A stretch of DNA of 61,404 bases, filler included, from Choristocarpus tenellus KU-1152 (lineage: Eukaryota > Protista > Phaeophyceae): assembly GCA_964200185.2 (NCBI GenBank). It is 7 parts of 7 records of this genome, joined end to end, with 100 filler letters (N's around TTAATTAATTAA, not from the genome) between each part and the next. Parts side by side here need not be neighbours in the genome. Positions count along the whole stretch, not along the records: positions 50,444 to 56,701 come from CAXNAD020008549.1; positions 56,802 to 61,404 come from CAXNAD020013834.1; 5 more parts are not named here. One strand, 5' to 3'. Positions 50,579 through 61,404 of the stretch are shown one piece after another. Below the pieces are notes generated by a model. The model made no database searches. It was not told where the DNA came from and saw only the letters and a program-made list of their open reading frames with translations. Position numbers and translations under genes: made by a program. Position 1 is the stretch's first letter, and each line of letters begins with the position of its first letter.

Positions 50579-52574
50579 ATGAACGATGACAGTGGTCACA
50601 TGTACAAGGTATTACTGGAGGGTAGTGGTGATGAGCAAGATGTTTACGACATTGAGGGGGGAGTATCAGAAATGCTCCCCACCTACCCGACCCACCCAAG
50701 TAAACTTGTCAATGCCTTCAATCAGATTCTAAAAGGAACTGAAGGTCCTGGCGGCCATCACCATGTTGGTGATCATGAAGTGGGTACCGGGGGCACCATT
50801 CCCACCGCAATCCACCAACCAAGAGCTCCATTAGACATGTGCCTACTCACGACGATGAGGAGGGATGAATGGGCTGATGCTCGTTGTCGATTGGTTCGGT
50901 TGAGTAGGGACAATGTATCCCACCTGCAGGATGTTGAGTCAGCCCTTTTTATTCTTTCGCTTGATGAGCGGGAGGCAGGAGCTGACCGAGCAATGGGGGG
51001 GAATGGAGGAGCAGAGATGAACTCAACTGAGACGGCGCGGCTGACCCTCCTTGGGGGTGGTAGGGGACGTTGGCATGACAAGCCCTTCACCCTCGTTGTT
51101 TACAAGGATGGCACCCCTGCGCTCAATGGCGAGCATTCATTTGCCGATGCACTGCCTGTTATGCAAGCATTCCATCATGCTGTGGCCTTTGCCCAGAACA
51201 TGGTAGGACCCCTGATGGCAGCAGTAGTTGAGGGTGGAGGAGCAGGGATTACGGATGGCTCATTGGCGAGAACTGAGGATAGAATGCATAACCCCTTCTC
51301 AGCACGAATTTCGGAGGAGCTGGTGTGGACAATGGATGATGTTGTGAATGCTTCAGTGTTTAAGGCCGCAAAGGAAGCGGAATTATTGTGCCAGGGTTTC
51401 GACCTTCAGGTGGTGCATTTCCGTATGTTTGGAAGACGTGCCTTAAAGGAACTTGGGGTGGGGGCAGATGCATTTTTCCAAATGGCCATTCAGGTGGGTT
51501 TAGGGTGACCACAAGGGACATAGCATTGCCACTTCTGCTGTAGTGAGCACAGTTGAGTCCATCATTCTGAACGAAAGTATCTTGCAGGCCCACCTGTGTG
51601 ATAGAGAGACTTGACTAGTTGTGGATATGCGAGTATCGCTTTGAAATCTGTAAGAGCTATTGTCATGCACACAATGCTAAATTTTCTTGGAGGGAGGAAG
51701 GGAGAGCAGGGGTAGGTAGATCAATGAAGATAGGTCTGGTATGTTGACATTGCTCCCAAGCTGTGTCAGTGTAAGAGCATTGAACCATCCAGCATAGCAC
51801 ATTGTTCATCTACCAGGGAGTGAATTGCCCTACCCCGTTTTTTAACATCCCTCCTCCCCCCTTGTAACCCTGTTCAAGATGGCAGCATGGCGCGTTTTTG
51901 GACGTCCTGTAGCTGTTTATGAGACAGCCCACACAAGGCGTTTTTACCTGGGAAGAACAGAATGCTCGCGGCCCTGCTCAAGTGAGAGCCTTGCCTTTGT
52001 CAAAGCAGTGCATGACCCATTGACAGGGGCAGCGGTGCAACACAAGCTCCTCCTTCAGGCACTGGGCCGGCACAGCGCATTTTCAAAACGCTGTATGGCA
52101 GGTGAAGGAATTGACCGCCATATGTTTGGCCTGGAGCTTGCTTGGATGGAAGATATGAAGGCTCAAGCGGGTGGAATGGTTGAGATTGAAAGAAATGGCA
52201 AGGCCAGAACTCCACTAATATTCACACACCCCCTACACCTCCGAGCCAAGGCCTTTTCTGTCTCAACAAGTCAGACCAGCCCAAGCAATATTTGGGCTTG
52301 TTATACTCCAAGTGAAGGTGATGGCTTTGGTTGCTGTTATACCATTGCAGATGATGTGATCACCGCAGCAATCAGCTCAGTAGTTGCTACCAGAAGTGCT
52401 GTTGGTGACATGTGCGAAGGTGGAAGCCCCACTGATGCCAAGGGATTTGGAGTAGAGTTAAAGTCTGCGCTGCAGGAACTGTTTCATCTATGCCTATCAC
52501 AGTTCCCAGGTGGAAGAGGGGGAGGAGGGAGTGCCGCACAAAATATTGATTGTGTTCCATCAAGCAGGCTTTAA
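50579..52574 (+). CDS. Carnitine acyltransferase (choline/carnitine acyltransferase family), peroxisomal; last two exons (<50579-51493, 51879-52574), 5' end in gap
   Basis: LTTMRRDEWADAR, VESALFILSLD, RWHDK, catalytic NGEHSFADA, DAFFQMAIQ|MA, VYETAHTRRFYLGRTE, GEGIDRHMFGL, carnitine-binding STS (VSTSQT), DGFGCCY. C-terminal SRL is a PTS1. Confidence 0.9.
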
Positions 52575-54554
52575 GAAGCGAAGGAGCCCTTGGGAAAGCC
52601 TTTTTGTGGTGATTCACCCTTGTTACTAGTGACTGAGAAGTCAAAACCTCTGTACCAGTTTCTTCTGTGTGCTCTTGCGTATTCTAGCACATGCTATGGG
52701 TTTGGGGGGGTGACCCACTGCATGGGGAAGAAGTGGTCACAAAGGTCGGTGATTCCATTTTTCGCCATTATCCATTTGTTTTTTAGCTGCAGGAGCCTTA
52801 CACATATGCGACTCTGCTGGCCTCAAGGTCTATTTTCTCCCTTTTTACTGCAATGATCACTACATATCATTTCTCCATCCATGGCTATGAATCTGCCTGA
52901 TGCCTGTGGATGCTTCGGGTCTGGAGACTTCAAGGATCCATCCGTGTGAGGTGTATATCTTCCCATGTGTGGATGATGATAATGAGGAAGACCAACTGGA
53001 CGATGGAAACAAGCTGAACAAAGCAGAACCTGAAGATGTTCAACTCACCAGCTACTAAAGGTAAGGAAGTATATGTCAAACGTTGGGAAAAGATGAGATG
53101 CGTCTGGTGAAGGTCTCTAGTGTTGTGTTTTTCAAGGTCTGCATATTTTTGAGGCAAACTATGGAAGGGTGGCTCAATGTGACATCTATGTACATAAAGA
53201 AGGGCGGTTTTGCCTGCGACAAGATTCATATGGAGTCACATGATCAGCCCACAAAGAAGAGTGTGTTGCTACGCACCAAGGGTATGACAAAGGATTTTCC
53301 AACCACTTTGGCAGTTGGTTCAATATCACTCAGTACTCTGACTGAGGGACCGTGTAGGGTACGAGTGGGTAAAGACGAAGTGGGAACAAATGCTTGCCAC
53401 CTTTCTGGACCCTAGGATGGAACATCTATACTACATTCCAAGAGAAGAGCAAAGCATATTGTGGAGGCATGTAGAGTCAAAGTTGGTTGGCGTTCTGAAG
53501 GTGGAGCAATCGAGGCAGGACATCCTAGACACAGCTGGCATGATACAGCGCAGAGCACACAGCAAATAGCAAAGAGAACCAAACAAGACCCTCTGATGTC
53601 TAGTTCCTTGTCTTCCTACATACCACCTGATTGGAGGTGGATGCATGGCAGGCTACCAAAATTACTGCTGAGGCAACGGCCACCTCAAGGCTGGAGGGGT
53701 CCAGTCATAGCAGCAGCAGCGTGTGTTCACTCCTATTGTTCCACAGTATTCATAGTGCTAGTAGTATATTAGTTCAGCTATGTCATTTTTTTTTATCATT
53801 TCTGGTCATTTTAATGTTTGGTTAAACGATTCTTTTACCACATACGTTGTGTAGAGAGGCCTTTGCTCTATACTGAAAAGGTTATTTATCTTCACTCACG
53901 AAATATTTAGATTCGCAATACCCCTTGGTATAGGTTATGGTGGTTCTCATTCTCGGCTACTATGATGACTGTTTTCAATATTTCGATTTCCTCTCAACTT
54001 GAAACACGCTTGGCCTGTCATTCTGTGTACCTCAATGAATATCCCGCTACTTGGTTGGGGCAGAATTGTGGAAGACATGCCTGCTGTACCACAAAGTCGA
54101 CCCTTGACTGTTGGGAACCAAATGCACTAGGACTTCTTTTCGAGGTGTTCATTTTTTTTAACCCCCACCCCCAATAATTGCCTTCCATTTTCTTGTTGAA
54201 CACAAGAGGAATTTTGGACACCTCCTGCACGTATGAGGGAGAAGGAATAGTTGTGTCTTCACATGATCTGACAACCATTGTTACACCTGTCCTGTGTAGA
54301 CAATTTGTCTTAGATGTTGGAATGAATATCCGGCTCTTATTCTGCTATTGATAGGTGAGATACTGCACGCCTTACCCACAAATTAGCCTTGGTACAGTAT
54401 CATTATGTAATCTACCATGGATATCACACCATAAAAAAATAGTAGTAAGAAACAATTTTGACGCCGATCTACTTTGAAAGTATTGAGTAGTTTGTATACA
54501 TTAGTAGTTGAGCAAGTTGTTGGATGTTCCTATAGTTGCATAAATTGTCTTCTA

Positions 54555-54904
54555 CAGTGTTGGCGTCACCTCTAGGATAAGACCAGTCTTGATTTTTTTT
54601 TAAGGGTTTGCTAGCGAGTTAAACAACGATGAGCATATCAAATGAAAACTCTGGATCTAAGCTATCACTGGTGCAAAGGAATTGTTTCGGGAAATTTTGG
54701 TAAGGTTAAATTTTAGCCGAACGGTTTCGGCACAACCTTGGAAATGTTCTGGAATGAAATATCACGACCAAACATCTTTTTCTGAAAAAAATCCTTTGGA
54801 CCAATGATAGCTTAAATCCAGAGCTTTCATTTGATATGCTGATCCTTGATTAACTCGTTGGCCAACCTTTTCAAAAATTTCAAGATTGGTAACTGCCAAA
54901 ACGG
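54555..54904. mobile_element. Foldback MITE with long imperfect inverted arms and TA flanks (Tc1/mariner-like)
   Basis: TA|CAGTGTTGGC...GCCAAAACGG|TA. The arms pair over more than 100 bp, e.g. AGCATATCAAATGAAAACTCTGGATCTAAGCTATCA with TGATAGCTTAAATCCAGAGCTTTCATTTGATATGCT, and CCAGTCTTGA with TCAAGATTGG. Confidence 0.8.
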
Positions 54905-56801
54905 TACGTCGGCGAACCTCGGCTTAGTACTGTTTAAGCCAGTCACAGGGCACGATTCTGGTTGAGTGTCTTGGAGGACACTGCTTGATGCTTCCAAAGT
55001 ACTACTGAGAATTGAACCTGATAGAGATGGTATGGGGGCGGATGAAGCACTATGTATGAGGCCATTGTGACTGCACGTTCCCTGGAATGAGAGCCAACAT
55101 TCCTTTCAGTCTTAAGGATGAAGGGGGGTTGTCCAGAGTAATTGTGGAGAGGTTCTTCAGGATGAGTATTGCTTACCACCTAATATATTCCTACGAGAAA
55201 GGCATGAAGTGCAACAAATTGGACAGTGTGTGCAAGACATTTAAGTCTCACAGGAGNNNNNNNNNNAGGAGGCCTGCACCTTCAGAATACCTCATTTGAC
55301 TTGGCATGGATTGTCTGGTTCAGAGGCCTGGGCCCCCATAAGTGAGCCATAGCCAACATCGCATAAACTGGAAATAATGGAAAGAGAATGGAGAGACAAC
55401 AACGCCCATGTTCTCCGGGTGAAGATTGCCTCTTCTGGCGTCAAAATCATCCTTACGTGCGCGGTTCGCGCGCATCTTGGGCACGGACGACTAGATGTAA
55501 GTATGGCCCTGTATTTCTCACAATTACTGTAAGTCGACCGACCGAGACCCATCAAATAAGGTTAACCATGCTCATGCGATCACAACCAACTAATTTTCAT
55601 GAAAAAAGTCTTGTTGATTGATCAAAAGTTATAGTACGACAGAGTTGATGCAGGAGGCGACTACCAACACTGTACCTGACCAATGACAAATAACGACAGC
55701 ACAGCAGTAGTACAACGAAGGAAACTGGGACTGTCTCTGGATGTTGACTTACTTGACGATTTGCTGGGTTCACGATGGAGATTTAGTGATTTCACATTCG
55801 AACTTTTTGACTCAAATTATGACAAGATATTTCTCAACTTCTTTGTAAACACCGCAAGGAGAGGCGCCAAAGATACGGATATTCAACATTTCCTTCAGAG
55901 TGTAAGTCTACTTCTACTTCAGGAGTTGAGACTCGTGGGCTTAGAGCTGTTGGCTCCTACCGTTCTGGCATCACGACAGAGCTCAAACCTGACTAGGACA
56001 TCGGAGTCAAAGCAAACAAGAGGTACCCAGAAAGAGTTGCATTATTTGAAGAAAACTGACAAATTTTCGCAAAATTTTACTTTTTTACAACTGCGAATTT
56101 GCAACTTTCTGAATTCTGTCCAAAAGTTTCAAACAATGGAGAAATGAACAGTCTCAACTCAAACATGCCACTCCATGCATAGGAATATCATAGGGATATG
56201 GATGAATGGTAAAAGATTGAAAAAGTTGACTTAAACTAATAAATGGCTAAAGCATGACTATCTTTCTTTTACTTTGATTCAACGCACTATTCCGAGATGT
56301 CTGAGGCTGTAGACCCATTAAATTCCAAATTCGTTGTGTCGATATGTCGTGCTATCACCATTTTTACTATTACTTTGCTGCCACGTGGTATGATGCAGAA
56401 CGCTGATGATGCGTCTATTTTGTAAGCACTACTTGTACGAAGTCAACCCTCAACTTGAGCCTTTTGTTCCGATATAAAAGAAGGCCTAATGCAAGGTCTG
56501 AGCCATGGCTCCAGCACTACATAGTGACCCGATCTGGACTGGAAATTGTAGCTACATACCGAATGGGTACTTGTGGTATGGCTTCACTGAGCTCTGACTG
56601 TCCATGGACCAAGCCCTGTGCCCATCCCAGTGGGTATTGTAGTCTCATGCCCACACCCCTACCTAGTGCTGCCGCGGTCACTGTGGGCTCAGACCCAGAC
56701 CNNNNNNNNNNNNNNNNNNNNNNNNNNNNNNNNNNNNNNNNNNNNTTAATTAATTAANNNNNNNNNNNNNNNNNNNNNNNNNNNNNNNNNNNNNNNNNNN
56801 N

Positions 56802-56910
56802 GGGGGGGAGCTAGGGAGGCATACCAAGAATCCAACAGACCCCTCCATGACCATCTCCCTGGTGACTCTAGTTTGAAGCACATGACACGTCGAGACAATG
56901 CCACTTATTT
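56802..56910 (+). repeat. Dispersed ~105-bp repeat, copy 2; possible 3' end of a non-LTR element
   Basis: Colinear with 32097-32205 and followed by an AT-rich TTATT-type tail. Confidence 0.7.
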
Positions 56911-59397
56911 TATTATATTAACTTACACCGGAGATGAATGATTTATTTAGATCGCTTTATACTGTACCAGATAATCGGCACCAAACGGGAACATGAAACG
57001 CCACAAATACCGTGGAAACTCCTAACGTAATCCGTTTCATACCGTCACAGACCAGGACACACAGCACAAATAGCCGTACAGAGAACTATCCATCCTATCG
57101 TTCCCATGCCGTACTGATTTTTTTCTTGTCCCTCCCCTCACACATCATGTATGTCTTAATATATTATGCCCTATGACATTGTGTAAAATGTGTCAGGGGA
57201 GAGAGAAGACCAAAATCAAGACTACGAAATTACATAGGACAGTCTTCACTTCCAAACTTAACATTATTGCAGTATGCCCAATGATATTATGCAATTTTGT
57301 CAGGGGAGAGAGAAACAAACAAAGATGAAGCCCACAAAAATTTGTTGCGTGAGAGTTTGTCATTTCCTAAAATCTTTCTTTCTGGACTAACTAGACCTCC
57401 ACTACCACACTGTCCCCTTAGAGATTGCTCGCTACGAACCAGTTTTCACACTACCATGCCTCCAGTTTAGACCTAAGAAGGTACACATACCTGCAAAATG
57501 CCAGAGGGAAATAAAACTGCCTAATATGCTGATGGCATGTACGAGTTAAAATATATGTTCACAGAAAATTATTAGCTCCCGCTCAGGAGTTCCAAATTTA
57601 GATTGTTGCAAAGACCAAAACCAACATATTGTTGTGTCACACCCAACCAACCTTGAACACCAAGAAAGCGATCCTGGTATCTTTGTGTAGAGTTCCTTCT
57701 CTCTTGCTTGACTTATTAATATTGTTAAATTACTGTTGTTATTACTACTACTACTACTATTATTAACTCGATGATAGTTCACAGTCACTCGAAGGACACA
57801 TACAACTCTCGACACTCGTCCACTTAAAATATAAAAACACATATATTTTTCGAACTCTGACCTTGGATCCTTTCCCCGTGCATTAGTTCAGAGGCTCAGC
57901 CTTGATGCTTTTCACCCCCCTTTGAGGGCGATAGATATAGTCCACAATGCAGTCACTGGTATTAGTCGCACTACTCAAAATGGCTACCATAGTCTTGCAC
58001 ATGGAGTCACTCCAGAACTTAACACTGGAAAAGAGAGCTAACACTTAAAAAGAGATCCCCAAACAACTAGTATACAAACCTACACCAGTCCACGTTCTAT
58101 TGAGGGAAAAGCATGTAACCCTTAAGCTTAACTTACCACTGAAAGCAAGAAACCTCCCTTCATATTAGACCAATACTCAACACACGACAGGCCACAGCCA
58201 AATGCAACAGTGACCTATCGACGACAGAACTTAAAATCTGGTCCTCGAGTCTATGTCAAACCCAATACCGAAAACAAAAGGATATACCTCAAACATGACG
58301 TCTACCCCCTTCACCAGAACGGTCTCTCTCCAAGGTAGATTGTGACTTGCCAATGGCGTGGACACCTGCTGCTCAGTTGATGTTGATTGTATCAGGCGGG
58401 AAAGAGATCAAAAGACACACGAGAACAAGAGATTGTACTCTTCACAGGTATCCTTCAAACAAAACAACCCGCGCTCTTAAAAGCACAAAAATGAATAGAT
58501 GATTACAGGTGGATAGGTGGGAGGATGGATGGCAAGAGTACAACCATGCAGGAACGAGGATGCAGTAGGTTCTATACCATCAACTAAGGTTATTTATATT
58601 ATTATTACTAATATTATTACCATTATTATGCAGCAATGGTGAGGACAGAAACAGTGCTTGTAAGGCAGGCTAGTTGGGTTCAAAAATGATGTTGAATTTG
58701 GTCTTACCTCGAAAAAAGACGGGACAAATAATGTTCATGTGTGTGTTTCAACGAAATCTGACCCTCCCTAACCTCCAGCTTCACTTCGATAGGACCTGTG
58801 AAAATTGCAGAGGCTTATCTGACCGTTCCCATCTACCCTGCTACCTGACACATAACTGGATACAATGTATTCAAAGTTCGAACACTCACAAATCCCTTCT
58901 TCACAAGGTCACAAGCCTGTACACAGACATTAATCTCTTCCCTTGAATGTACCAAGGACTACCCTATATCGCTGTACCAGATAGTCTCTGACTGTGCAAA
59001 GCATGTCGCCCAGGTTCATCAGCAGGAATGCATCTATGCTTCGTTGCACTATGACATCCCTTCACCACAACCAGCCTGTCGCCGTACAAGCGGACGATTC
59101 ATTCAAATCCCAGATTACAACATGCTAACTAATAAACAGAGACTTTATTGAGCAAGGCAAAACACAATTTTTCCTCATCATCTCTTCAAACAATCATAGA
59201 GAGGTTTAAATTGGTGGTAACAATCGTTTCCCACCTCCACCACGAGCATCTAGCAATAGGTACAATGTCTTTTTCCGAGCCAAGTGAACCTGACGGAACT
59301 ATATATTCCATAGTATATGTATGTATTCACGAACGACTATCCATGTGTAGTGGGATGGAGGGTCGTTTGTGATTTTTTGGTCGCCTTTCTCGACCAT

Positions 59398-59453
59398 CAA
59401 TTCAAAAAAATTAATTCAAAAATATTAATTCAAAAATATTAATTCAAAAATAT
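59398..59453. repeat. Short tandem repeat, about 4 copies of a 14-bp unit (AATTCAAAAATATT)
   Basis: Directly visible. Confidence 0.9.
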
Positions 59454-61404
59454 CTGTGGTTGGGTGATTTCAATCATTGTTGATATTTATATTATTGCTA
59501 TATATTGTTCTACTCAGTGTCACGTTTTTTCGTTGTCATTGTCTTACTTTAGGGTGGTGGTAGGAAGAGCATGTAGACCAGACCCATGTTCAGAGCCACG
59601 ACACCTTCAAACTAACTGATGTTGGACCACGACTATTTCGGACTGCCCCCCACTTTCCTAGCATTTATTTTGTGGCTTGACTTCAGAGTACTTAAAGGCT
59701 GAAGTGTGCTACAGGTTCTGTTCCATGGTGGTGCGATATGGATAATCTGCGACATCCACAATATGAAGCTTCACTTTCACTGCCACAAATTCCTCCAATT
59801 GTTGAATTTGGATTCTTCAAAATGAGAAGACCTCCTTTGTGAAGACTGGGTATGACAGTAGATCGAGCCGACTATGCGAAAATGAAGAGTCCTATGTATA
59901 TAGCGTTGGTTGCAAGCATGCGTGGGGATGAGTGACTCTCAGATGTGCTGATGTCGAGGGAACGTGCAGATGCTAATTTCAAGCAAGGTTGGACAGTACA
60001 AGGATTGATGGATGTGCCTGCAAGATGGCCTTGAGAAGTCTATGATAACAATTGGGGAATGAAGTGCAAGGACAGAAACCAATATTGGTAGTGCGAGAAA
60101 GTTTTGTGGGCAGCACAAAGACCTTCATGGAAGACTGGCATTTCTGGGAGGAAGCTGTTAATGCATGTTGTCCTAAGAGCAGCAGCGAGGGTAGACCAGG
60201 CAGGTGAGGGCTTATGCACTCTCACCACTATCTGCGTAACACTGCTGTCTCTCAATATGTATGCCAAAGCGTAATAGGGGGTAGGGGGTAGGGTCGTCCC
60301 GAAATCATCCGTCATAGGGGTTCTGAAAAATTGCTACAAAACGCCACATTTCAAGCTCCCTATGCAGGCGACTCTCCTTCAGATTCTGTCAAATGTGCAA
60401 GAAAAGATCTTCAGGATAGATATCCTCTCGTAAGTATTGAAGAATGTGTGGAGGAAAAATGTGCGGAAACTACGCCTGGAAATTTTGGATTATGTCGTAG
60501 GTTGCTAATATATCTGTTTGAGGAAAAGAGATGTCCGCCAATAGATCCATCCTATCTGATATATATGCATTCAAAATATACTATGATGATAATAACGAAC
60601 CAACCAACCCATCTTGACCGGACCGGTTTGGCTATAATGCTTTCATATTGAGAAGAACGATGACGATAAGGAAGCACACACACTCAAATTATCTCTTAAC
60701 CAGAAGATCTTAGAGGCGTGAAGTCACAGTGGGATGTTAGTGCACCAGGAAATATGAACGAACGATTGTTTCGCAAGACAGACATAAATCTGACCACATT
60801 GTCTACAATACTACCACAAAACAATTCACATACAATAAATCACGAAGATGTCATCATGTACGACGAACAAAGTAGCATAACCCAAGGAATTCAGGAAAGG
60901 GAGGTAAGGGATGAAAGACGAAAGAGACCGAGAAATGCAAAAAAAAGAAGAGGAATATGCAGATGTGCAACAAATTACCGGTATGAAACGAAGGAATATC
61001 GTAGTCTTACAATAAGCACTCCCTACATCATCATATCTAACTCGTTCAGCGCAAGAGATAATATGTACGTGAAGAAAGAATTAGAAAGAAGGAATTGAAG
61101 CACAAGAGAACGGAGAAGTGGTAGTCCTTTTCCCGCTCTGATCAGCTCGTTCCACTTGTCCAGAGCCAACTCCTCGAAACGCTTCCTGGCACACGTTGTA
61201 ACTGTCTGCAAACAAGCTGGATATTTCCCGACTTCGGCATCATACTATTTCACCTCTCAGGGAAGGCTGACTGGCCCCTCTCCCAGGCCCTCGAAGTATT
61301 GGGGCCGGCAGGGTCAAAGTATCTGGAGGAAAGGGGTCGTTTGTGAGGGGGCGTCTGTTTCGGTCAAACAACTCTTTTTTTTTGTGACATTTCAAATCCG
61401 ACAC

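Noticed and set aside
52900-56200. Several 70-150 aa ORFs (53083-53415, 55292-55555, 55683-56147)
   Set aside because: No recognisable family motifs or consistent splice model.
59570-61320. Possible gag or other retroelement remnants on the minus strand
   Set aside because: Only vague similarity, with no intact zinc knuckle, RT or integrase motif.

Overview
Intron-rich eukaryotic nuclear DNA, most likely from a photosynthetic stramenopile (ochrophyte, brown-alga-like). This is inferred from GT-AG introns, TTAGGG tracts and bipartite signal+F/W plastid-targeting N-termini. The window is a concatenation of at least seven contigs joined by identical 100-bp N-TTAATTAATTAA-N linkers, so adjacency across linkers is not reliable. 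The left half (1-31 kb) is gene-dense. It holds a DEDDy 3'-5' exonuclease, an ER-anchored Ubc6/UBE2J-type E2, an MsrB with a GC-AG intron, a 5'-truncated BRWD/PHIP-like WD40-bromodomain gene with an inserted extended PHD finger, the 3' end of another bromodomain gene, and an RlmN-type radical SAM methyltransferase. The right half is repeat-rich. It holds a decayed Ty3/Gypsy element split by a solo LTR, two related MITE families, a TA-flanked foldback MITE, a pogo/Tigger transposase relic, a probably decayed EF-hand gene, and the 3' part of a PTS1-ending carnitine acyltransferase. I found no convincing new multi-gene system. The best leads are the ePHD-containing BRWD architecture, the telomere-repeat-bearing MITE family, the nested solo LTR and the putatively plastid-targeted RNA enzymes. 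All exon models were spliced by eye and need RNA-seq confirmation.
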